A stretch of DNA of 25,422 nt from Thermoplasmatota archaeon. GTDB lineage: Archaea > Thermoplasmatota > Penumbrarchaeia > Penumbrarchaeales > Penumbrarchaeaceae. Below the pieces are notes generated by a model that saw only the letters and a list, made by a program, of their open reading frames with translations, did not search any database and was not told where the DNA came from. The stretch is taken from positions 1-25,422 of the forward strand of contig JARVGK010000036.1 of assembly GCA_029762535.1 (NCBI GenBank). Reading direction: 5' to 3'. Shown piece after piece: positions 1-8,499 of this stretch; position 1 is the stretch's first letter, and each line of letters opens with the position of its first letter. The translations under genes and the position numbers were made by a program.

Positions 1-64
1 CCGATATCAGCAGCAGCTCGAGAATAATAACAATATTCTTTCGTGCAATGCTATCCTTTTGCAT
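1..64 (-). CDS. 5' end of a secreted or membrane protein (runs off the window)
   Basis: Minus strand reads GGAGGTG RBS, then ATG at 64: MQKDSIARKNIVIILELLLIS..., a signal-peptide-like start. Not in the ORF track because it is truncated. Confidence 0.6.
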   Translation of the reverse strand, partial: MQKDSIARKNIVIILELLLIS

Positions 65-466
65 TCTCACACCTCCACCAACCGGGAAGCATCGCCTCTT
101 CCGCCACCCGCCTGCCTCTCGGACTGAAACGTGATGCTTCTTAAAGGTATTTATTCTTTTTCCTTTGTTGAGATCCTTTTACCCACAGGGGATCCCCCGA
201 CGGGATCCTGCATTAACCCATGGGGTGCTCCGGATCCACCACCTTGTTGACGAGGTCCATCTTGTAGGCCTCCTCGGGTGAAATGTTGTCGCCTGTGGGC
301 ATCAACTCCTTCGCCCGCATCCTGATCATGTGCCTGGTCGATCTCTGGATCCCCCAAAGCCCGTGCTGATCAAGGATCCGATCCGAGGGGATCCCCCTGC
401 TAAAAGATGCGCATAGGGGGGAAAAATATTTCTATCGCTTTATCCGGAAGTGAATGGGTGTCCCCC

Positions 467-1168
467 ATGTTCGGATCCAAGGTGAGACTGAGCGTCGAGA
501 AGGAACTGTGGAACAAACTGAAGAACTCCTTTCCGGCGGGTGACGAGTCCCGGATCCTCGAGGAGGTCCTGAGGCATCACGGTGAGCACAAGAGGACATC
601 GGCCGAGAACGAGAGGATCAAAGCCATGCTCGCCGAGTCTCGTATCAAGGCCGCGAAGCTCTCCGAGGAGATCGAGGACGTCCTCAAGGAGAGGCGAAAG
701 CTCTCAAGCGAGGTCCAGAAGCTGAAAAAGAAGAACGAGGATTTACGTTCCGAGAACGGCAAGCTCAGAACGAGGATCAGGAACGTCCAGCCGGAGGAGG
801 CTCCCGTCGAGCGGATCGTCATCAAGGAGGACATCGAGGCCGTCAACTCCCTCAAGGCGAAGGTCGAGGACCTCAAAGAGAGGAACTTCCGGTACCAGAA
901 CGCCATCTCGGCGCTCGAGGGCGACAACAGGGCGCTCAAGGACAGGGCGTCGAGGCTCGAGGGGGCCCTAGCTGATATAAGAAGGCAGAACGCGGCCGTG
1001 ATGATCAAGATGCCCCTGGGCCCCCCCATCGGGGATCCCGAGCTGAAGGTGTTGGATTCCTCAACATACTACACCTACCGGAACGATCCGGCCGGTTTCC
1101 TCAGGGATGACCCGGGACGGTTGAGCTTCGTCAGGGAGCTTCAGCTGAGGATGCTGGACGAACTATAG
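467..1168 (+). CDS. Hypothetical coiled-coil protein with a possible N-terminal RHH-like segment
   Basis: Long heptad-rich E/K/R/L region and host-like codon usage. N-terminal KVRLSVEKELWNKLK has a beta-alpha pattern. ATG 467 follows GGGTG; the ORF track starts at 407. Confidence 0.65.
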   Translation: MFGSKVRLSVEKELWNKLKNSFPAGDESRILEEVLRHHGEHKRTSAENERIKAMLAESRIKAAKLSEEIEDVLKERRKLSSEVQKLKKKNEDLRSENGKLRTRIRNVQPEEAPVERIVIKEDIEAVNSLKAKVEDLKERNFRYQNAISALEGDNRALKDRASRLEGALADIRRQNAAVMIKMPLGPPIGDPELKVLDSSTYYTYRNDPAGFLRDDPGRLSFVRELQLRMLDEL

Positions 1169-1296
1169 TGGAAATTTGCCCACAGCAAGATATTTGAGGG
1201 CCCGCACGTTCAGGTAGCCTTGTTCTGGCATTCGATCATCCGGATGGATGATGTTATCGGGCCAACGTCGGCCCGATGTCCTTTAGGTGATGCTCG

Positions 1297-2232
1297 ATGA
1301 AGACTGCCCCCAAGTCGTTCATGATATGCACGATAGCGCTCTGTGCTATCATCACCTTCGGTATTGGACCATCACGCGCAGATGCGGACGACGACGACCC
1401 ACTGATCAGCGTCTCCCTTGACAGCGATCACAAGGAGGCGAACGTCTCACCCGAGGACACGGGTCTGGTGATCTTCAAGGCGACCGTGGATGTGTACTTC
1501 CCGCCCGGATACGGGGACGTATGCCGGGTGGATCTGAAGGCCTGGGCGCACTGGGAAGTGTCCATGAACGGCTCGTTGAACTTCTCCATCGGCGAGGGCC
1601 CAAAGACCATAGATGTCATCGTACACGTCCCGATAAACACCTCATATGATGAGGAACACATGCTGTCGATAACCGGCAACTACACATTTTATCCCTCCGG
1701 GAAGGGCGGGGTATTGGAACATGTCTCGGCCCTCATCACCGTTTCGGAGTTCAGGCGGGTATTCATGGGGTGCAACCGTCCGGTGGTCAGCGTCAGGGTG
1801 GGAGAATGGACCCATTACGACATCACCATCACGAACAGGGGGAACTCTCCGATAACGATCGAACTGCACATAAGCTCCGATAACGGACACGTATCCACAA
1901 GGACGCCGGATGGCCCCATACAATTAACAAAAGGGGAGACCGTGAACCTGACCCTCCGCGCCAGACAGCGCCCGAGCAGGTCGGGGAGCAGCACCGTACA
2001 TGTCCTCGCCAAGGATGAAGGGGACGGCAGCACCCTTTTCGACCTCCCCCTGGTCCTCAGGACCAGGCCCGGGCTATCGACGATAATGTACGAGATGTCC
2101 TTCATCGTGCTCGTATCCCTGTTGGCCATGGTATCCTCCATCGCACTGGCCCTCTACCTCGTGGAGAGGTTCGGAAAGGGTAATGGTTCCGAGCGGGAAA
2201 AAGAGGATCCGACGGTTGGCATAGATTTATGA
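1297..2232 (+). CDS. Membrane-anchored surface protein with two Ig-like domains (resembles choice-of-anchor T proteins of Thermoplasmatota)
   Basis: AGGTGA RBS, signal peptide, beta-rich domains with an ITNRGN (CARDB/NEW3-like) motif, C-terminal TM helix. The family name is from recollection only. Confidence 0.65.
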   Translation: MKTAPKSFMICTIALCAIITFGIGPSRADADDDDPLISVSLDSDHKEANVSPEDTGLVIFKATVDVYFPPGYGDVCRVDLKAWAHWEVSMNGSLNFSIGEGPKTIDVIVHVPINTSYDEEHMLSITGNYTFYPSGKGGVLEHVSALITVSEFRRVFMGCNRPVVSVRVGEWTHYDITITNRGNSPITIELHISSDNGHVSTRTPDGPIQLTKGETVNLTLRARQRPSRSGSSTVHVLAKDEGDGSTLFDLPLVLRTRPGLSTIMYEMSFIVLVSLLAMVSSIALALYLVERFGKGNGSEREKEDPTVGIDL

Positions 2233-2272
2233 CCCCTCCAAATCTTTACCGGAAATATCAAAGGTGCACTAG

Positions 2273-2860
2273 ATGGGCGATGGATCGAACGGAAAGGGAA
2301 TGGGCATAGCGGTCATCGCTGTCATTCTCCTTGCCTCGATCGCGCTGTTCTCCCTCGGGCTCTACATCTCGAGCAGACCTGCCACGGTCCAGGGCGAAAT
2401 GGCCCCCGAGATCTCATTGACCGACGTTGACGGAAAGCGGTTCGATCTCTCCGAGCTTCGCGGGAGGATCGTCCTCGTCTGCTTCATCAACGACATGTGC
2501 TCGTATTCCTACAGCAGGGACCAGATGCGCGAGCTGAAGAACGCCACGAACGAGATAGGCTGGGACAGGCTCGTTCCGGTCACCATGAACGCAAGGATCG
2601 TGGACGAGGAACAGTTCAGGCGGTTCAGGGACAGCAACGAATGCAACTGGACGTTCGCCGTCGGCACGATGGAGGTCATATCCTCGTACGGGGCGGACGC
2701 CGAGAAGGCCCTTCCCATGGTACTTTTGGTTGACCGAGACGGAAGGATCGCATACAGGAACCAGGGATCCGTGACGGGATCGTCCGATATCGTATCCGCC
2801 TTCCGGTCGCTGGAAGAGGCAAGGTCAAGGGCCTTATACGATAGGATGGTGAACGCATGA
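2273..2860 (+). CDS. Membrane-anchored TlpA/ResA-like redoxin (thioredoxin fold) with a CxxS active site
   Basis: N-terminal TM helix; APEISLTDVDGKRFDLSELRGRIVLV; CSYS at the CxxC position; cis-Pro segment ALPMVLLVDRDGRI. Confidence 0.85.
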   Translation: MGDGSNGKGMGIAVIAVILLASIALFSLGLYISSRPATVQGEMAPEISLTDVDGKRFDLSELRGRIVLVCFINDMCSYSYSRDQMRELKNATNEIGWDRLVPVTMNARIVDEEQFRRFRDSNECNWTFAVGTMEVISSYGADAEKALPMVLLVDRDGRIAYRNQGSVTGSSDIVSAFRSLEEARSRALYDRMVNA

Positions 2861-3576
2861 TCGACAAGGTCCTTGCCGGGGCGATGATAGGTCTCTCCCT
2901 CGGAGGGGCATGGCTGTGCGCGTTCTTTGCCTTCGGCATAGGGGCGAGCAGCCGGAGGGCCGGCCTTCTATACATAGCGGGCAGGGCCATCGGGCTCATC
3001 GCGATCGGTCTGGCGATAACCGTCATCAGCATCGTCCTCAAGAGGACGGTCGGCCCCCTCATGATCGGGGGCAAGGCCATGAACGTACTCTTCGCCGTGC
3101 TGATCATCATAATGGGCGCATACCTGCTAATATCCAGCTTGGGACATTGGGTACCGCTGCCGTGGAAGAGAAGGCATCCTGGGGACGGCACGGGACCAGC
3201 ATGCGGAGGGAAGAGGGACGGCAGCGGACCCAGGGGATCGGGAGGATGCGGCCAACGGAACAAGGCGAACCCTCCGATGACCGGGGACAAGGGTCTGAGC
3301 ATGGGCACTTTCGGCCTCGGCCTTTTGAGGGGGCTCACCCCATGCGTTAAGATCCTGTTCCTCACCCCGCTCCTCATCACTTCCTCGATCATTGAATCGC
3401 TGTTCATACTCATCGCTTTCGCGGTGACTTCTTCGATATATTCCGTCATCGGCTTCATGTCGGCGGAGCTGTTCAGGAGGTTCTCCAGGTTCCAGAACGA
3501 GATAAGGATCGCGGGATCCATCATGGTCCTGCTGATCGGCATGTACTATCTCGTTAAACACATGGTCCATCTTTGA
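2857..3576 (+). CDS. CcdA/DsbD_2-like six-TM membrane protein
   Basis: Six hydrophobic helices with Cys in TM1 (GLSLGGAWLC) and TM4 (GLLRGLTPC); ATGA overlap with the redoxin gene. Confidence 0.7.
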   Translation: MIDKVLAGAMIGLSLGGAWLCAFFAFGIGASSRRAGLLYIAGRAIGLIAIGLAITVISIVLKRTVGPLMIGGKAMNVLFAVLIIIMGAYLLISSLGHWVPLPWKRRHPGDGTGPACGGKRDGSGPRGSGGCGQRNKANPPMTGDKGLSMGTFGLGLLRGLTPCVKILFLTPLLITSSIIESLFILIAFAVTSSIYSVIGFMSAELFRRFSRFQNEIRIAGSIMVLLIGMYYLVKHMVHL

Positions 3577-3593
3577 TAAAAGGAGAAGGAAGA

Positions 3594-4904
3594 ATGAGCA
3601 CGATGCGCTGCAGGGAAGAAAAACAAGGGATCGACCCGGAGCTAAAGAGGAGGATCGAGGACCATCCCTGCTACAGCGAGAAGGCCCATCACAGATACGC
3701 AAGGATACATCTTCCCGTAGCCCCGAGATGCAACATACAGTGCAATTACTGCAACCGCAAGTACGACTGCCAGAACGAGTCCCGCCCCGGAGTGACGAGC
3801 GCCGTCCTAGCGCCGGAGGAGGCGCTGGAGAGGGTGGAGGAGGTCAGCCGTGTCATGCCCAACCTCTCGGTGGTCGGCATCGCGGGACCGGGGGATCCCC
3901 TGGCGAACCCCGATGAGACCTTCAGGACCTTCGAACTCCTGCGGGATCGTTTCCCGGATATGAAGAGATGTATGTCCACGAACGGCCTCATGCTGATCGA
4001 ACATGCCGATCGCATTCATGAGCTGGGCATTGACCACGTCACCGTCACCCTCAACGCCGTGGACCCAGAGATAGGTGCCAGGATCTATTCCCATGTCATC
4101 CTTGACGGACAGAGGCATTTCGGACGAGAGGGGGCCTCCGTTCTCCTAGAGAGGCAGCTCCTCGGACTCAGAATGCTCAGGGAAAGGGCCATACTCACCA
4201 AGGTGAACATCGTCATGGTCCCTGGCGTGAACGATGATCACATCCCCGTCATCGCCCGGCGCGTGAACGATCTGGGGGCTTTCATCATAAACGTCATCGG
4301 CCTGATACCAACCCCGAATACCCCATTCGCGGACCTGAGAGGGCCTACCCCCTCCGAGAGGAAGCGGGTGCAGGACCAGTGCGAGGGCTTCATAAGGCAG
4401 ATGCGTTGGTGCCGCCAGTGCCGTTCCGATGCCATCGGGCTACTGGGGCATGATCTCTCCTCAAGCATGTTCGAAAGCGGCCCCGTCTTCGGGGAAGGGT
4501 GCAGGATGAAGAAAGATATCATTTCATCGAAAGCGGCCTCCCCGGACCTCGCCAAGGGGCCTGGAAGGATATACGTGGCCGTATCGACGATGGGCGACGA
4601 GGAGGTGAACTCGCCGTTCCCCGGCACGGGAGAGGTCCTGATATACGAGGCGACGAGGGACCACATCATGTTCCTCGAGGCCCGCGATCCATCGCGCTTC
4701 ACGTACGGTGATGGATCGGATAACATGCTCAAGGACGTCCAGGCCGTGATCGCATCGGACCTCGATGAGGAGGCGAAGGATATGCTCGCGGGGCTCGGGA
4801 TCGATGCAGTGGCGTGCTCGGGACCGATAAGGAGCGCCGTCGCAAGGTACGCCAGGGGCAAGGGTATAGATCCACCCGAGGATGATGTGGCCGGCCCGAT
4901 CTGA
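3594..4904 (+). CDS. nifB: NifB radical-SAM metallocluster maturase with a degenerate C-terminal NifX-like domain
   Basis: All NifB fingerprints present: HPC, RIHLPVAP, CNIQCNYC, ESRP, AGPGDPL, CMSTNG, TVTLN, CRQCRSDAIG. C-terminal VAVST...LIYE...FLEAR is NifX-like. Start could be 3573, 3594 or 3603. Confidence 0.9.
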   Translation: MSTMRCREEKQGIDPELKRRIEDHPCYSEKAHHRYARIHLPVAPRCNIQCNYCNRKYDCQNESRPGVTSAVLAPEEALERVEEVSRVMPNLSVVGIAGPGDPLANPDETFRTFELLRDRFPDMKRCMSTNGLMLIEHADRIHELGIDHVTVTLNAVDPEIGARIYSHVILDGQRHFGREGASVLLERQLLGLRMLRERAILTKVNIVMVPGVNDDHIPVIARRVNDLGAFIINVIGLIPTPNTPFADLRGPTPSERKRVQDQCEGFIRQMRWCRQCRSDAIGLLGHDLSSSMFESGPVFGEGCRMKKDIISSKAASPDLAKGPGRIYVAVSTMGDEEVNSPFPGTGEVLIYEATRDHIMFLEARDPSRFTYGDGSDNMLKDVQAVIASDLDEEAKDMLAGLGIDAVACSGPIRSAVARYARGKGIDPPEDDVAGPI

Positions 4905-5045
4905 TCGATACGATGTGAGTTCGAGCACGAACGGGTCCACAGCGATCCCTGGACCGCGTCTATGTTAAATAGAACGAACCGTATCCCTTTTTCCGCGGGC
5001 CGATCGAAACCGAAGCACGATCGTCGACCCGCAGCCGGGGATAGC

Positions 5046-6005
5046 ATGAACGAGAACAGGAAGATCTGCCTTCTCATAGATGGTGACAACATATCGGCCA
5101 GGTACATCGTCCCGATAATCGATGAGATGAACAGGCACGGGGACCTCATGATCAAACGTATTTACGGGGACTGGACAACGAGCGAGATGAAGCAGTGGAA
5201 GGACATACTTTCCCGTTACGCGATAAGACCAATTCAGCAGTTCAGGACCGGGCCCAACGCCACGGACAACGCCCTCATCATGGACGCCCTGGAGGTCACC
5301 TACACGAACAGGAACATCGACACCTTCGCCATCGCCTCCTCCGACTCCGACTTCTACGGCCTGTTCATGAGGCTGCGGGAGCACGGTTATTATGTGATGG
5401 GCATGGGATCGAAGGATTCGAACGAGCTTTTGACCAAATCCGCGAACGATTTCATCTACCTCGAGAACCTCCTGCCCAAGGAAGAACCAAAACAGGCCCA
5501 GAGGAAGAGAACGGAGAAGGCCAAGGAAGGGGATGAGCTGCGGGATATCATAGAGGACACGTGCAGGAAGATCGACGCGGAAGAGAACGAATGGATACAT
5601 CTTTCCTATTTCGGTGAGATACTAAAGAAGAACCATCCGGATTTCGACCCCAGGTCCTACGGCCACAAGCAGCTGCTGACCATAATCCGCTCGTATCCCG
5701 ACCTCCTGGAGATCTCCACCGGGGAGTTGGACAAGACATATCTCGTACGAATACAAAGAGGAGTGGCCGGGGATGAGGACAGCAGGACGGGGACGGTCAT
5801 CCGGTTCGGGCCCTATTACGGATTCATCCGGTCCGACGAAGGCGATTACTATTTCCACGTCACGAACCTCAAGGACCCCGAAAGCTCAAAGCATGTCAGA
5901 GCCGGGACCAAGGTGGCCTTCAAGGTGTTCAGGAAACCGGACCCCACATCGACCTCGGGGGAGGAGAAGAACGGCAAGGCCTCGGAGGTCGAGCTGTTGC
6001 GATGA
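5046..6005 (+). CDS. NYN-domain RNase with OST-HTH/LOTUS and C-terminal cold-shock domains
   Basis: LLIDGDN, RIYGDW, NATDNALIMDA, SSDSDF (NYN); GEILKKNHPDFDPRSYGHKQL (LOTUS); YGFI...YFHVTNL (cold-shock RNP motifs). Confidence 0.9.
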   Translation: MNENRKICLLIDGDNISARYIVPIIDEMNRHGDLMIKRIYGDWTTSEMKQWKDILSRYAIRPIQQFRTGPNATDNALIMDALEVTYTNRNIDTFAIASSDSDFYGLFMRLREHGYYVMGMGSKDSNELLTKSANDFIYLENLLPKEEPKQAQRKRTEKAKEGDELRDIIEDTCRKIDAEENEWIHLSYFGEILKKNHPDFDPRSYGHKQLLTIIRSYPDLLEISTGELDKTYLVRIQRGVAGDEDSRTGTVIRFGPYYGFIRSDEGDYYFHVTNLKDPESSKHVRAGTKVAFKVFRKPDPTSTSGEEKNGKASEVELLR

Positions 6006-6060
6006 GCGGGGATGAAAAGATATTTCTCCATGCTGGGGCTTTTGCCTCCTGGGCATCATC

Positions 6061-6696
6061 ATGTCTAGACTCCTCATCGCCATCGGCGTGACGCTCGGTG
6101 TACTGGGATTGCTCCTGTTCTCGGGCGGTTATCTTCTGGGAACGATCGGCATGGAGCTCGAGGATGAATCGGAGATAGCCTCGGAATTGGATTTTATAAT
6201 GATGGGCCCCGGAAGATACTCCCATCACCTCGAGATGATCTCATCCGAAGGTTTCCTCATAAGCATCGGGTCCGGAAACGATACCGAGATCGCTTTCAAC
6301 ATGACGATCGCGGACGATCACGGCAGAAGGCTTCTCCACGTCAGCGAGTCCACCCCCTACAGCGAAAGGGTGACAGGGAGCGGCATCATCTTAACGTGCG
6401 ATATAATCATCGCACTGCCCGATGTGAACGCATCCATCCACGACCTGCGCATATCCATAAAGACGAGCGAACCGTCCGATGCCGGAACGGCGCTCTGCTG
6501 CCTCGGCATCATCACACCCGGACTGGGGGCCATCATGGCCCTGACGGGACTGATACTCTCCATGATCGGGTTCAGCAGAAGGGATCGGGTCGTCATAGAG
6601 CCAGGCGAGAGCGCTTTCAACAGGCCCCAGGACATCGACGGGCTGCTCCGTGAGACGGAGGAGCCCCGCAGCGCGCCGGCGATCCCTGATGAATGA
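6061..6696 (+). CDS. Hypothetical membrane protein with two TM segments flanking a beta-rich domain
   Basis: Hydrophobic N- and C-terminal segments; host-like codon usage. Confidence 0.6.
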   Translation: MSRLLIAIGVTLGVLGLLLFSGGYLLGTIGMELEDESEIASELDFIMMGPGRYSHHLEMISSEGFLISIGSGNDTEIAFNMTIADDHGRRLLHVSESTPYSERVTGSGIILTCDIIIALPDVNASIHDLRISIKTSEPSDAGTALCCLGIITPGLGAIMALTGLILSMIGFSRRDRVVIEPGESAFNRPQDIDGLLRETEEPRSAPAIPDE

Positions 6697-6722
6697 GGGG
6701 CCACTGCCGACCCTCGGCCACC

Positions 6723-6731
6723 TTTTTAATA
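6723..6731 (+). promoter_or_regulatory. Putative TATA box for a leaderless AlkP-family transcript
   Basis: TTTTTAATA about 24 nt upstream of ATG 6755. Confidence 0.5.
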
Positions 6732-6754
6732 TCGAGGCGTCATCTCGTCCCTCC

Positions 6755-8260
6755 ATGAAGGACGGCGCCAGGGTCATCATCCTCGGGATCGACGCCCTCA
6801 ACTTCGGAGTGCTCGACCCGCTCATCGATGAAGGGGCCATGCCCAATTTCAAAAAGTTGAGGGAAAGCTCGGCCCATTCCGTCATGAACTCGATAATACC
6901 CTCGGTCACGGGACCCGCCTGGACGTCCATTAACACAGGAAAGAATCCCGGCAAGCACGGAATATTCGATTTCGTCCGGGTCGTGGACGGCGCTGTGAAG
7001 GTGAACTCCCGCTCCGACATCGATTCGGAGACGTTCATGGAACTGCTCTCGGGCATGGGCAAGCGCTGCATAACGGTAGGGGTACCCTACACATATCCCC
7101 CCGGTCCGCGTTTCAAAGGCATAGCGGTATCGGATTTTCTCTATCCGGATGTATCGATAACCCCCGAGGATAAGAATGCTTACATAGAGGATTACAAGTC
7201 CCTCGAGGACGCCGTCCACCTGGAGGGCATGGACCTCCTCGACGACCTGCTGGATGTTCAGAAGGGGCAGATAAATTCTGGTAAGGCCCTCTTCGAGAAG
7301 GAGGGATGGGACCTGTTCTTCTTCTACATGCCCGTCATCGATCACTTCTTCCACAAGTTCTTCGGGGAGATAGGGGGCGCGTCCGATGCCTGGAAGAAAG
7401 GGAAGGGACTGTTCATCGAGCTCGACTCCTTCCTGGGATGGGTGCTCGAGCGCCTCGATGACCGCTCCTTTCTCATGATCATATCGGACCACGGCTTCAG
7501 GATGTACGATGGAACGGTCAATCTCAACCGCATCCTCGAATCCTGGGGATACATGAAGAGGTCCGTCTCCTACAGCAAAGGAAAGAAAGCCTCGTCCCGC
7601 GGGTTGGGCGCATACCTGGCGAGGTTCGTCAGGCTGCCTGTCATATTCCCAGTGTTGAAGTTCTTCTACTCCCTGTTCAGAAAGGCGACCAACGCCGCGG
7701 GAAGCGATCTGGGCATAGGCTACGAGGAGAGGATCGACTTCCTCAGGTCTGCCGCTTTCACCCCCACCAAGGAGTCCATGGGCATATACATCAACGATAG
7801 CCAGATGGAGAAGGGACAGTCCAGGGACGATCTCTTGAACAGGCTCCGCACCCTGGAACATGAGGGGGAGAAGGTCTTCGACAGGGTGGTCCGAAGAGAG
7901 GACATCTACTCGGGGCCCCACTTAGATGAAGCGCCCGATCATCTCTTCATTTCGGAGAGGTTCATGTTCGCGGCCAATATTTTCGGCAGGGACCATTTCG
8001 GGCCGGGGGAGGCATATCACGACATGGACGCCGTCTTCTTACTGAAGGGACCATCCGTTCGTCCCGGCAGCCTTCCCGGTCGGCCGGAGCTGGTCGATGT
8101 AGCGCCCACCGTCCTCTCGCTTTTCGGGATCGATCCCCCGTCGGATATGGACGGGCGCATATTGCATGAAGCGATGATGACCGTAAAGAAGGAGCGCAGG
8201 GGCTCCGAGATAGATCGGATCAGGTCGGCCGCCAGGAAGTTCGGTTCCCGTCCGCTGTGA
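6755..8260 (+). CDS. Alkaline-phosphatase-superfamily (type I phosphodiesterase/nucleotide pyrophosphatase-like) protein
   Basis: ILGIDA, PSVTGPAWTSINTGKNPGKHG (Thr nucleophile position, no sulfatase CxPxR), DHFFH, SDHG, terminal YH...DVAPT. No signal peptide. Confidence 0.9.
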   Translation: MKDGARVIILGIDALNFGVLDPLIDEGAMPNFKKLRESSAHSVMNSIIPSVTGPAWTSINTGKNPGKHGIFDFVRVVDGAVKVNSRSDIDSETFMELLSGMGKRCITVGVPYTYPPGPRFKGIAVSDFLYPDVSITPEDKNAYIEDYKSLEDAVHLEGMDLLDDLLDVQKGQINSGKALFEKEGWDLFFFYMPVIDHFFHKFFGEIGGASDAWKKGKGLFIELDSFLGWVLERLDDRSFLMIISDHGFRMYDGTVNLNRILESWGYMKRSVSYSKGKKASSRGLGAYLARFVRLPVIFPVLKFFYSLFRKATNAAGSDLGIGYEERIDFLRSAAFTPTKESMGIYINDSQMEKGQSRDDLLNRLRTLEHEGEKVFDRVVRREDIYSGPHLDEAPDHLFISERFMFAANIFGRDHFGPGEAYHDMDAVFLLKGPSVRPGSLPGRPELVDVAPTVLSLFGIDPPSDMDGRILHEAMMTVKKERRGSEIDRIRSAARKFGSRPL

Positions 8261-8285
8261 CGGGGATCACGAAGGCACCGGGTGC

Positions 8286-8498
8286 TCACTCGAGATATCC
8301 CAGGGCTCTGAGCCTCTCCTTGACCTTCTCCTGGTCCTCGTCGGACATGTCCTCGCCCTCGTCCTCCTCCATGGAGGAGAGCACTTCATCCAGGACGTAA
8401 TTGACGTAGTCCTCCACCGAAGTGAACCCCGTGCTCTTGAGCCTCTCCTTTATCCTGTCGTGTATCCTCTTGTCGATCCTTATCCCGACCTTTTCCAT
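8286..8498 (-). CDS. CopG/RHH protein with an acidic linker and RLRALGYLE tail (paralog 1)
   Basis: KVGIRIDKRIHDRIK...GFTSVEDYVNYVL RHH pattern; GAGGTGG RBS; ATG one base after the sulfotransferase stop. Confidence 0.85.
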   Translation of the reverse strand: MEKVGIRIDKRIHDRIKERLKSTGFTSVEDYVNYVLDEVLSSMEEDEGEDMSDEDQEKVKERLRALGYLE

Positions 8499-8499
8499 T

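Noticed and set aside
172-393. oriC-like region (11 GATC sites, as in E. coli oriC)
   Set aside because: No DnaA boxes, ORB elements or cdc6/dnaA gene nearby, and GATC is enriched across the window.
1256-1277. Inverted repeat ATCGGGCC-N6-GGCCCGAT (also GAAGCATC/GATGCTTC at 86-140)
   Set aside because: Single short hairpins with no U-tract or second copy; they cannot be called terminators or ncRNA.
3594-4904. Evidence that the organism fixes nitrogen
   Set aside because: nifB alone is insufficient, and no structural nitrogenase genes are in the window.
6740-7921. Long antisense ORFs (also 2676-3542, 4238-5155, 9155-10213, 12039-12854, 16217-17542, 18727-19545)
   Set aside because: They are shadows of well-supported genes on the opposite strand in GC3-rich DNA, with no recognisable motifs.
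6755-8260. Classical formylglycine-dependent sulfatase
   Set aside because: It lacks the C/S-x-P-x-R motif and has the Thr-type phosphodiesterase signature.
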